From: Caecitellus pseudoparvulus | Lineage: Eukaryota; Protista; Bigyra: Bicosoecida | DNA length: 64,000 nt | Assembly (NCBI GenBank): GCA_965644315.1 | Contig: CBFFRQ010000064.1 | Span: forward strand, 248,001 to 312,000 | Direction of reading: 5' to 3' | In this document: positions 30,430-40,854 of the stretch, piece by piece | Position numbering within the stretch: position 1 is the first letter of the stretch | Layout of the letters: each line of letters starts with the position of its first letter | Position numbers and translations under genes: made by a program | Notes under the pieces: generated by a model | The model's input: only the letters and a program-made list of their open reading frames with translations | Database searches by the model: none | Told to the model about the DNA's origin: nothing

Positions 30430-32688
30430 TCACTGAATGCCAGTGTTCTGCAGCAAGCCGCCCAAGCGGGCAGCCACCAGAGCGCCCAGCCACCGGGCAC
30501 TTTCTGCCGCTGGAGCCTTGATGAGCACATTCAAGTGCTGCGTCGCCCGAACCACGCGCACCTCTGCGCAGTGCAAGTCCCCATCGGCATTGAATCCTCC
30601 ATGTAAGCTCACGAGCAGGGCAGGGCGCACTGTGGTGCCCCCTTCCACTGGTGCGAGGCCCAGCGCCCGCAGCTCTTCCCCAAGCAGCTCGAACCACTCG
30701 GCATCAGGCGAGGCCTCCTGCGGCAACGGACGAGTGGGGCTATCTGCAGCAGCATCCCCAGCACTGGAGTCTCCCTGTTCCCTCGCCCCTCGCAAAATTC
30801 CGTCCTGCAAGTACCCGCCGAAGCTGTCCACGTTGCTGTACTGACTCCACGCTGCGCGGAACTCAGCCAGACTCGCCACACGTCCAGGCTTCAGGCACAC
30901 CGCCCCCAGCTCGCAGCTGCTCGTGTGCAGGGGGCTGGAGTTGGTCCGACGGCGTGTGCGGCCAGGCTGCATGCGCCGGCGCAGGCCAGCCAGCACGCCC
31001 CCTCGCCGACGTGGCTGAGCAGTTTGGCCTTGCACCGGTTCGCTGGGCGCCCCGCACCTGCGCAAGGCAGGCAGCGCCTTCCACACCAAGAACACACTTC
31101 CCGCGGTAATTAGCCCCCCACCAAGCACACCCAGCACCACACCCAGGATTGGGCTCAGCGGCTGTTGGTGCGTTTGCTCCTTTGGCGCGATTGGTGCAGG
31201 GCTCGGCGTTGGATACGGCCCAAATGCCGAAAGGGACACATTCAAAGTGGATGTGCCGACTGCCAACTGGTCGAGGGCATTCACAGGCTTCACCCTCCAC
31301 AGAGCCGTCAAGAAGGCTGAGTTGCTCCCAGCTTTGACTTGGGCCTGGGCAGGAACGGACTCCAGATTCTGCTCTCTCAGGAACAGGAAAAATGTGCCAT
31401 CGAACGGAGCTGTGCCATTGTTCAGCCACACTTCACCAAGCACAAAGTTGACCCCGTCCACCGGGCCGATATTGTACCAAGCATCATTGAAAGGTTCCAT
31501 GCGAAAGATGGCTGACGCCAGTTCAGAGGAGGGCATGACGACCATGGAACTGGTCTCAGCGATGACTCGCACTGACACGAGAGCCCACACACTACGGGGC
31601 GCGGACTGTGTGGGGATCGGGGCATCTGAACCTCTCAGAAACTCAAGAGCCACCTTCGGTAGCGGCTGAATCTCCCACGAAACATTTTGCCAGGGGTTGA
31701 GCTGCAGGTTCTGCGGCAAATCATTGAAGTACTCATCGTCGCGCTGGCCAGCATGCGGGTGATGCCCGCTGAAACAGCCTGATGCACTGAGAAACTTCGC
31801 CATGAGCCCTGAGAAGCCTTCCCACACCCAAAAAGCACTGGCGCGTTCGTCTTCTGTGTCGGATAGGTGCTCGGACTCGCTGTAAGCAAAAAGCATCTGC
31901 AGTGTTGCGCTGTGTTCCCGCAGCCCTCGATTCTGGATGATCAGCCTCGGAGTCACCACCATCTTAGAGTACACACCAGAAGACACGCAGTTTCCAAGGC
32001 TGCGCATCTTCGCAACTCGATCGGATGCAGACCAAGACACTGCCACTTGGCTGGCCGCGCGGCCGAGGCGAAGAGACCACAGAATCTGCCAATCGGCAGG
32101 TTTTTTCTCTGACAGGTTCTGTGGAGCGGGCCACGGAGCAACCGGACCAGCCACGCATGCAGCTCCAAGCGAGGGGTACTGGCTACTGTGGTGCAGCGTG
32201 AAGCGTAGGAGGACGGTGGGGGTGGTAGCCAACACTTCGGCCGTTCTCATCAGTGTGCCGTTCCCTTCGTTGAACACGGACACGTCCAATGCCGGCGCCA
32301 GGACGCTGGATCCTGCCCAGGCAGTGACAGTGAAGTTGGTCATTTCGGGCTGCCAATCCATGAGCTGTAGAAGGGGGACGGGGAGGTGCCCATCCACCAG
32401 CTCGGATGCCACCACAAGCGCCCAGCACTCAGCGACGCCAGGACCGGGTGGAGCGATCGAGCGAAGGTTCAAGACGTCTTGTGGGGGCGAGGTTGCCCGA
32501 AGAACCGTGGGTGAATGCTGCGGAGCACATTCATCTAATGAGTACCCTGAAGCGCCCAGCAGGTGTGTGCAGGTGAGCAGTGCCAGAATGCAGGCCCAAG
32601 GCGCAAACCTGGAGTGCGGAATCTGCGCAGCCCTGGAAGGCAACTGGCGCCACTTCCTGGCCACTGCCGGGGATGGGACGTCGTCCAT
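30430..32688 (-). CDS. Type I membrane protein with a large ectodomain, function unknown
   Basis: Signal-like WACILALLTCTHLLGASG, a beta-rich ectodomain with N-x-S/T sites, TM ILGVVLGVLGGGLITAGSVFLVW followed by KALPALRR. Start at 32688 (MDDVPS) is inferred. Confidence 0.6.
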   Translation of the reverse strand: MDDVPSPAVARKWRQLPSRAAQIPHSRFAPWACILALLTCTHLLGASGYSLDECAPQHSPTVLRATSPPQDVLNLRSIAPPGPGVAECWALVVASELVDGHLPVPLLQLMDWQPEMTNFTVTAWAGSSVLAPALDVSVFNEGNGTLMRTAEVLATTPTVLLRFTLHHSSQYPSLGAACVAGPVAPWPAPQNLSEKKPADWQILWSLRLGRAASQVAVSWSASDRVAKMRSLGNCVSSGVYSKMVVTPRLIIQNRGLREHSATLQMLFAYSESEHLSDTEDERASAFWVWEGFSGLMAKFLSASGCFSGHHPHAGQRDDEYFNDLPQNLQLNPWQNVSWEIQPLPKVALEFLRGSDAPIPTQSAPRSVWALVSVRVIAETSSMVVMPSSELASAIFRMEPFNDAWYNIGPVDGVNFVLGEVWLNNGTAPFDGTFFLFLREQNLESVPAQAQVKAGSNSAFLTALWRVKPVNALDQLAVGTSTLNVSLSAFGPYPTPSPAPIAPKEQTHQQPLSPILGVVLGVLGGGLITAGSVFLVWKALPALRRCGAPSEPVQGQTAQPRRRGGVLAGLRRRMQPGRTRRRTNSSPLHTSSCELGAVCLKPGRVASLAEFRAAWSQYSNVDSFGGYLQDGILRGAREQGDSSAGDAAADSPTRPLPQEASPDAEWFELLGEELRALGLAPVEGGTTVRPALLVSLHGGFNADGDLHCAEVRVVRATQHLNVLIKAPAAESARWLGALVAARLGGLLQNTGIQ

Positions 32689-33117
32689 GGTGCTGGGTGT
32701 TTGTTTGCACCTCAAGGACACTTCCCCCCACGCCCCTGTCAACGACACTTGCGGCCTTGCAGGAGTTGACGCCGGCAGCCATTTGCCTGACCACGCCGAC
32801 AGGGCAGGTAACTTCCCCGCATCGCAAGCGGCCTGGCGCAGGCGGCCAAGGGTGCTCGCAACACCAGCCGCAGCATCCGCAGCAGGAGAAAAACGTGTCA
32901 CTCGCCACAACAACACTGGCACGGCCCGTGGCGCACCACTCCGAGGTCTGTGGCGTCTCTGAACTGCGTAGTTGTTGCCTTCGTGCTGGTGCGGTGTTTG
33001 CCGGGTGAGGGCTTGAGCCGCTCTCCTTGCGTTCCTGGGACCGCAGGCACTGGAGCGCCTCGCCCGTACCAGCAACAGGGTCTTACCATTCATTAGATTC
33101 CACAGCGCTGAACAGAC

Positions 33118-33614
33118 ATGGCAGCGCACATGTGGTTCTGCCCTGGTTGGTGAGGCGCCGCGCCTGGCGCTGGAGCAACTTCCGCACCGTTTTGCGCACA
33201 GCATGGAGCTCCCTTCGCAGCGGGAACCTGCTGTACCCGAAGGAAGACAGGGAAAGCCGCAAACTGAACATGTTCTGCAAGCAGTGCGGCCACGAAGGCG
33301 ACTCGGAGGCCGGCTTCGAAGTCGTGCACCAGCGGCAGGTGGTGCGAACGGCAGAGTGAGTGCTGGTGCTGGCGATCCGCATTGACTTTGTACAGTGCCA
33401 CTGCCCTACTCGCCCACGGCGCAGGAACCACCTGGCCAAGGTGAAGAAGGACGTGGTGAACGACCCAGCCCTCCCCCGCAACAAGTCCATCCCCTGCCCC
33501 TCCTGCATGCACACTGAAGCGGTTTTCCTGCAGGTGCCGCCCAGCCCAGCCGACGACCGCATGCACCTCATCCTCGTTTGCTGCGCCTGCTCCCACAAAT
33601 GGCAGAAGAAGTGA
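33118..33614 (+). CDS. RPB9: RNA polymerase II subunit RPB9; 3 exons
   Basis: Spliced MWFCPGCGNLLYPKED...CKQCGH...DPALPR...CPSCMHTEAVFLQ...MHLILVCCACSHKW, giving two Zn ribbons. Confidence 0.93.
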
Positions 33615-33624
33615 CCATGCATTA

Positions 33625-35416
33625 TCAGAAGCCAGACTTCCCGCCGTAGTACTGCTCGCCTGCGCCGCCTCCGCCCCCCGCAGCCGCGGCTGCTGCCGCT
33701 GTGAGTGCCATGCCGCCGTCATCACGCTGCGTTGCAAGGGGCGTGCGGGTGCGAGCTGGGTTGCACAAGCCTGTCGCAATGCATCGGCGCTGTGCCTCAC
33801 CTCAGCCACGACGATGACAAAGTAGTGGTGGAAGGCAGTCTCAGACTGCCCCTCCAGGGACAGGCCTGATGCGTTGGGTCCCAGCACGACACTGCGCAGG
33901 GCAAGCGGTGTTGGCGTGGTCAGGCGGCGCACCGCGCAGCAACGCCGCGCACGCACAAGTCACCTGCGCCCGTCGTGGTGTCTGAGCAGTACACTACATA
34001 GTAGTCGAACGTCTCATCGGCCATGAGCACGATGCAATTCGGCAGCAGGGAGAAGCCCTTGTGGGCGAGCCACGTGGGAGCTTGCCCTGACTCTGCCATG
34101 CGGTGGTCCACGCAGACATACACGCGGGAGGGCAGGGGCGTGACGAAGGCCAGCGTCCTCTCCATGGATTCCGGGTCGAACATGCCAATGCCGTTGCTCC
34201 TCTGCGGGGCGAGGAGGGGAGGGGAGTGTCTGCGTCCGCAGGTGCGATGCGAAGCCCCGCCCCACGCACTGCTTCATGGCAATTGGGCGTCTTGACCAGC
34301 ATGCCGCCACGCATGCGGTTGGGGTAGGCCTTGATGTTCACGCCGTGAAAGTCCGTGTACACTCTGGGGACACAAGAGAAGGAGAGGAGCGTGCTGTAGG
34401 GGCGGCGCCGTGGCACCGGCACAGCTTGGGCCGCCTCACGCTTGCTTCTCGCGATACGCCAGTGGCTCGCATGTGAAACTGCCCAAGGTGAAGTTCCCAT
34501 TGATGGTGTTCACCTCTGTGGGGCAGGGCCAGGTGCGGTGTGGAAGGCAGGGCGGATGCCTGCCTGGCCGGCTGCCCAAGCTCACCTGTGTGAACAGGAG
34601 GCAAAGCCAGGGAGTCCAGCGGGTCGCCCACGACATTGCCTGGGTCCTTGTCAGGGTCGACTGCCTCTTCATCTTTGGTTGGCGAGGCTGCCCTCTCCAC
34701 CGCAGCAATGTACTGCAGCAGCTCATCCTCCATCGCCTCGTTGGCTGTGTGGCCCTGTCCAGAAAGCCACAAGATGGCCCTGCGCGAGAGCAGGAGCGCA
34801 GCAGAGTGCCAGCCTGCGAATGCCCACAAGCACACAGCCCTCACTCGTCTGTGCGACCGCTCTTGTTCTGAAGAGCCATGATTGCTGCGGGCAGGTCGAA
34901 GCCCATGGATACGATGGTTTCGGCGTCGGCACTCCACTTCTTCACTCGGCCATCGTAGAAGCGGTGCCGAGAATCTCCCGCAGACAAGGACGCCTTGGTC
35001 CGCATTTCTTTCGCGATGTGCTTGAAGCGCTCTGGGGCAACGGCAAGGAGGCGTGCCTGGAGCAGCTGTTTCGCCAGCGCACGCGCTGACTTGGCACCCA
35101 CGTTTGCGAGTCATCCAGGAGGCTCGAAGGGTGGCAGCTCGCTCTAACTTTGCAATGTGCTTCAGGTACTGGCCCGATCGCATCTTGCTTGTCTCTTTCC
35201 ACTGTGATGGGGAGCAGCAGCTCGGCTCCAAGTTGGCGTGGTGCGCCAGCGGGAAACGCCACTGGAGACACGCACAGTATTTGCCCGTTGCAACGCGACG
35301 GGCTCAGGGACGGCCCCAGTGCACGCTAGAGATGAGCCCCGAATGACAGCCGGATCATGGCTCCATGTCACAAGCAGTGGGGCCCCGCTCGCTGGCAGCG
35401 ACAGCGCTTCTGCCAT
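33625..35416 (-). CDS. UBA-domain protein with a C-terminal beta-sandwich domain; many short exons
   Basis: Spliced [30 protein letters not shown] is a UBA domain. C-terminal RVYTD...TPN...VYVCVDHR...PTWL...VVLGPN...YFVIVV; ends YYGGKSGF* (TGA 33627-33625). Confidence 0.6.
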
Positions 35417-35718
35417 GCCGGCACCAAGTGAGGGCTAGCGTCTACCGTACCCCGCACGAACAGCCCCGTCTGTCAGCCAGCAGCAATGGATGCGGACACC
35501 ACCTTCAAGACGATACTCTTGCGTCGGATGGGGGGGAGTGGTTTGTGCCGGTACAGATGGTGTGTGTGCCCGGCGCGCTTGCCTTTCTTTTTGGGGGGGT
35601 CCTACGCCTTGCCTGGCATTCAAGAACGCCGCACAAAACCAACCAACCAAAACTAACTCACACCTTCACACCTCTACACTTGTTCAGTATCTTACAGAAT
35701 CTCTCGTCCAAGGACACC

Positions 35719-37435
35719 ATGCGGGCCCTGGCGTCAGTGCTGGGGTTGGCTGCACTGGCAGCGGCAGCGGCTGCGCCGGCGAAAGACTTCGTCGCCTCCC
35801 TGCCAACCTTTGGGGCACCTGCCCAGGAGACATACTCAGGGTACTTGAATGTCACAGGCACGGCCAAGCGCCTGCACTACATGTTCGTAAAGGCCCAGAG
35901 CGACTCGGCCAATGCGCCAGTGGTGCTGTGGCTGAACGGAGGACCTGGCTGCTCGTCGCTGGACGGATACTTCTACGTACGTAACCACTCAATCGCAAAC
36001 TAGGTGCCATGTCAAACGCATGGTGCCCAGGCACTCCACGGGGGCAGTTCCCAGAACCTGCAAGAATCAACCCCGCAAGGGTCGGCCAAGTGCACTGCAC
36101 CTGACTTCGCCACCCTGCACATTGTTCTTTCTGCTCATGCGCAGGAGCACGGCCCCCAGCACGTGAACAGCAAGGGAGAGCTGTACACCAACCCACACTC
36201 TTGGAACAAGTATGCGAACATGCTGTACGTGTGTGTGGGCAGGGAGCCGCAACGCCGCGAGAATCGCACCATGTCCTCTCCGCTCGTGGTGCAGGTACCT
36301 GGAGGCGCCTGCTGGCGTTGGCTTCTCGTACTCCACAGACCCAGCCGACTACACCACGGATGACTTCCAGGTGGCTGACGACAACTACCATGCCCTGCAG
36401 TTCTTCTTCACCGAGAAGTTCCCCGAGCTGGCCGACAACGACTTCGTGGTGACGGGGGAGAGCTACGGCGGCATCTACGTGCCTTCCCTGACAGTGCGCA
36501 TCCTGACCGGCAACGCCGCGGGGACGGGGCAAAAGATCAACATCAAGGGCTTTGCAGTGGGCAATGGCGTGTCCTCCTACGCCTTCAACACGAACTCCCT
36601 CATCTACTACGTGTACTACCACGGCTTCATCGGCCCCGAGCTGTGGGCTACTCTCTCCGCCAACTGCAACGGGAACTTCGCAAACCCCCCCAACGCCGCC
36701 TGCAACAACGCCGTCAACGCCGCGAATGACATTGTGTACAACTCAGGCCTGAACTTCTACGGCTGGGAGATGGAGTGCGCACCGGGCAGCCCCGAGGGAG
36801 ACCTGCGTCAGGCCTTGGCCATGGAGACGCTGTTCCACGGCTCGTCCCTGACGCCCCCCCCCGTCAAGACTCTGGACGCCACAAGCCTGGGCGAGGACGT
36901 GCCCTGCATCAACTCCACCGCCGGCACCATGTACTTGAACCGCCCTGACGTGCGCGCCGCTCTGCACATCTCCCCGCTCGCGCACGACTGGGCCATCTGC
37001 TTCGGCGGGTTGAACTACAACCGCACCATCCTGGACATCACGCCGTACTGGTCCAAGGCCCTGGCTGCCGGCATGCACGGCTCCATCTACAACGGCGACA
37101 CGGACATGGCGTGCAACGTGCTGGGGGATGAGTGGGCCGTATCTTCCCTGGACCTGCCAACTGACGGGCCTCGCTCAGCATGGCACACTGACGGACAGGT
37201 GGCTGGCTTCTTCCAGGCTTACAAGGGTGGCATGGACTTCTGGACCGTGAAGGGCAGTGGCCACATGGTGCCTCAGTTCAAGCCCCCCCAGGCCGAGTTC
37301 ATGTTCCGCACCATCCTGCAGCGCACCGGCGTCATCCCCTCGTCCTCCTCCTCCACCCAGCTGGACGACTCGGGTGCATTCCAGGACGATAAGGAGGGCT
37401 CCCCTGTCCGCCTGCGTGGCTTGGCTCGGGAGTGA
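35719..37435 (+). CDS. Serine carboxypeptidase, family S10 (cathepsin A-like); 3 exons
   Basis: Signal peptide, [42 protein letters not shown], and catalytic [14 protein letters not shown] and GSGHMVP. Confidence 0.95.
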
Positions 37436-37468
37436 GCCGCTTTGCATGGCGCCTGCAGCGTCCATGTG

Positions 37469-37476
37469 AATGCATT
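37469..37476. terminator. Palindromic AATGCATT, candidate bidirectional 3'-end element
   Basis: Between convergent stops at 37435 and 37517. Confidence 0.45.
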
Positions 37477-37516
37477 TGCCAGCTGAGCACCTCTCACAGA
37501 CAAACACCCACACAAG

Positions 37517-38438
37517 CTACGTCAAGTCGACATCCCCCTCCCCTGGCGCCGCGTCATCCTCCTCCATCCCATCGCCTTCCTCCTCTGCGCTGGCTGCCTC
37601 GCCACTGCCGCCTCCACCCGCTGCTGCTGCTGACGCAGCCTGCTTCCGCGCCAGCTCCGGTGGCAGCTTGCCGGCCTTCAAAAACCGGTGCAAACGGTCC
37701 ACATCCTCTGGTGTGCTCGCTGCGGCGATGGCCTCTTGGATGAGCACGAGCTGAGCCGGTGTGAAAGTGTCTGCTTGGCCGTCCCCAGCACCCTCTGCCA
37801 CTGCGGCGGCTCCGGAGCCCGTGGGGGTGAAGCTGCGCGCCTTGGCCACTGCAGCCTGCAGCTTTCGGCCTTCCGTGCTGGCAAACAGCTGGGCAGCTGC
37901 CTCCCGCTCCTTCATGCGAATTTTCTGGAAGTCCAGCACGCGCAGGCCGGGCAGCTTGTGGATGACATACAGTCGGTAGTGTGCCCGCCTGTTCACGGGG
38001 TTCTGCAGCAGACTCAGGGTGGTCAGGGCGCTCAACTCCGCCAAGCCGTCAATTTCAGCCAGTGTCGCGATGCGGTTGTTGGACAGCACCAGCGTCTCCA
38101 GGTGTGGCAGGGCAGCGCCCAGCCCGTCCGCAACCCTGCTGATGCGGTTGTTGGACAGCAGCAGCATCTTCAGCCGCTTCAACAGCGGAAAGTTCTCCAA
38201 CCGCACGATGTCATTATCGGAGAGGTCGATGCAGTCAAACGAGTCCTGTGCGTGCAAGCGGCGTCAAGTGCGGTCTGGCGCGGCCAGACTTTTGCTGCCC
38301 AGCACCAGCGCTGCTCACCTTGCTGGCGCCGAGGTTCTCAATGGCGGGGATCTTGTACGCGCGCAGGTCTAACTCCCGGTCCTTCAGTGGATTCAAGAAT
38401 TGCCCTGCCCGGGTGACCAGATCTGCTGTGATCTTCAT
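37517..38438 (-). CDS. SNRPA1: U2 snRNP protein A'; 2 exons
   Basis: MKITADLV...NPLKDRELDLRAYKIPAIENLG, FDCIDLSDNDIVRLENFPLLKRLKMLLLSNNRI, and LRR cap YRLYVIHKLPGLRVLDFQKI. Confidence 0.95.
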
Positions 38439-38870
38439 GCTGCCGCCCCCTGTTCGGCTGCCGCTGTGCTGCCCTACTTCCGCAGGTGCCCAACGTGCGG
38501 CCTGCTGGCGGCCGTTGCAAGGATCAGCTAGCCCTTGCGCGACGACACTAAGGAACCACACCCCGGAGTTCGCTCTGGACCGGGTGATTTTGTGTGGCGT
38601 GCTGAACTGGTGCAACTGTAGGTGCCGATGGCTCTGGCCGTCGTTTCGGCTGCCTCCACAAGGCCCCGCAGTCAATGACCTGGTGAGCCTCAAATCCACA
38701 CTCCACCACGATTTTTCTGGGAATCAATCCCTTCCGTTCTAATCTTGACATGTTCCCATGGGCGATCTTCCCAGGTTGTGGCCTGCGAGGCAACGGGATT
38801 GAGTCGTTTCGCTGGAGTTTCACCGAGCCCCCTCTGCTTGTCTTCGCCAGCCTCCAGAAACCGTGCGAGC

Positions 38871-39644
38871 ATGGCTGCTAAAGCACAGGGAAAGGCAGAT
38901 GTATGCACTGCCGAGTCCCATAGGGGTCTGCTTGCGCCACGGAAGTCCAGAAAGTCCACAGTCTCGGTGTCGGCGGCCTGCCCGGTGGTCTACGCAGCGT
39001 GCATGAGGCTGGAGGTGTCACTGCCGTGCATCTTCAGAGCAGTGTGGCTGCTCGCGGAATTGGAAAGCCTGGGCTTTGTCTCTGGCAGTGAGGCTGAAAT
39101 GATTGCGGCTGTGGTGTTCCTTGCCTGCAAGGCGCTCGACGAACCTCGCCGCCCACGGGATGCCTTGAATTGCGTCCACGCGGCCTTGGTCGGAGACCAG
39201 CAGCTTCTCCCCCTTGGCTCGACGTATCAAAGTCTGAAGAAGAACCTCATCGCACGGGAGGCCCTCATGCTGCGCTTCTTGCGATTCGATGTGGGGGACA
39301 GTGTGCAGCTGCCACACGTGTCCGCGCTTCAAATCGCGAAGCGCGTGCACCCTGACTCTGCCCAGCTGGCTGTGGCTTGCTTGAATGACGCCCTTGCAAA
39401 CACACTGGCCATGGATGCAAGGGCTTGCGGGGCTGCTGCAGTGCTGCTGGCATGTGCCCTGTTGGGGGTGAGCAAGGAGCAGCAGCTTCTCGCAGTCGTG
39501 GCTGAGGATGGCGTGTCGCCAGACAGTCTGTGGGACGCCCTTCAAGCGCTGTCAGAATCGTGCAAGCATATCCCTGGCGCACCAGGTGCCGCTGTAAAGG
39601 CGGGTCTTGAGGAAGCGGCCAGTATTCAAGGTGCCGGGCACTGA
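38871..39644 (+). CDS. Transcriptional cyclin-like protein (cyclin K/L/Q group)
   Basis: Cyclin box IAAVVFLACKALDEPRRPRDALNC and REALMLRFLRFDV...LPH; probable intron after MAAKAQGKAD. Confidence 0.7.
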   Translation: MAAKAQGKADVCTAESHRGLLAPRKSRKSTVSVSAACPVVYAACMRLEVSLPCIFRAVWLLAELESLGFVSGSEAEMIAAVVFLACKALDEPRRPRDALNCVHAALVGDQQLLPLGSTYQSLKKNLIAREALMLRFLRFDVGDSVQLPHVSALQIAKRVHPDSAQLAVACLNDALANTLAMDARACGAAAVLLACALLGVSKEQQLLAVVAEDGVSPDSLWDALQALSESCKHIPGAPGAAVKAGLEEAASIQGAGH

Positions 39645-39761
39645 CCGCACGGTGGCAAACTGTTTACTACCTCAATCGCAGCAGTTGCAGTACGCCACAC
39701 TGAGGCAAGGAAATGCTACCAGAAGTGCTCCACCGCACCTCGCTGAAGCTCGTAAAGTGCC

Positions 39762-40826
39762 ATGTACTATGGGCGCAAGGCAGAGCCATTGGCCTCCAAG
39801 GTCACGTATGCGCGAGACAAGGAGCGCTCATTTGCGCGCCACCGCGCTCGTCTCAAGCACATGAAGTCATCCATTGATAACAAGCCCCCACGCCAGTTCA
39901 AGCATTTGAAGCGCAACTTGAAGAAGGAGCAGATGATGGAAGGTGCGCGGAGAAACGCCACGGCCCGCGATGTTGACTCGAGCAACGCAACCCGCCAAAC
40001 CGCCTCTGTCCCTGCGCAGACCGATACGCTGAGATTGAGCACGAAAACCGTGTCTTGCTCAACAAAATGTCTGAAATCATGCAGAAGAAAGGCATGGACA
40101 CGACGACGACGTCGCACAAGTTCGGGCACAGTCTCAACAGGCCTCGCCGGAAAGCTGAGCTTCAGCGCATCACTGCCGACAATCAGGTGAGCCACAGCGC
40201 CGACTGAATGCCCTGGGCTTGTGGTCTTTGCATTACCTTTTTGGCGCCGCTCCAATTGAGCGCAGAAGCTGCTGCAGCGCATCCAGGGGGCCATGCCGGT
40301 GTACAATCACTGGGAGTGGGAAGAAGACCGTGCGAAGCAAGAGGAGTACATTCAGAACATCTGCGAGTACAAGCCGCATACCATCAAGGGCCGGCGGCGT
40401 AGAGGCGGTGCAAGTGGACCGCTTGCCGCCTCTGGGGCAGCCTCCATGGCCCCAGCTCCACCCCGAGCGGGCTTGCTGGAGGGCAGCGCCAGTGTGACAG
40501 GGTACTACCCTGGAGCTTCTGGGCCCCAAGCCCATGGCAGTTTTGGTATGACGGTGGGCGGAGGGGGCGCTCCTGGGACAGGACTGAGCTATCTCAGTGC
40601 TGGAAGCTACGGTGCTGCGGCCTTCCCTCCAATGGCAGGCGCCGACGCCGGCTCAGGCATGCCAGGCACCACGCCTGCCTCTGCAGGTCATCCATGGGGA
40701 GGTGGCACGGCAGGCTCCACGGGGAGCACAGGCTTTGGCCTCCACTTTCCCCAAGGGTCCTTGCCAGGCACGGCAGCAGCAGCCAGAGGCCCTTCTGCCT
40801 CCTCAGCAGGCTTCAGTGGCGTATGA
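39762..40826 (+). CDS. CFAP97-domain (KIAA1430/Hemingway family) ciliary protein; 3 exons
   Basis: Spliced HRARLKHMKSSIDNKPP...KKEQMME/DRYAEIEHENRVLLNKMSEI...SLNRPRRKAELQRITADNQ/KLLQRIQGAMPVYNHWEWEED. Confidence 0.85.
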
Positions 40827-40854
40827 CATGCGCGGCAGCACCAAGCTTGTGAAT

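Noticed and set aside
34838-34850. In-frame TGA after ...RTDE (and after ...FSGM at 770, ...RTAE at 33359) as possible readthrough or selenocysteine
   Set aside because: In each case the TGA is part of a GTGAG splice donor, and splicing restores the expected domain.
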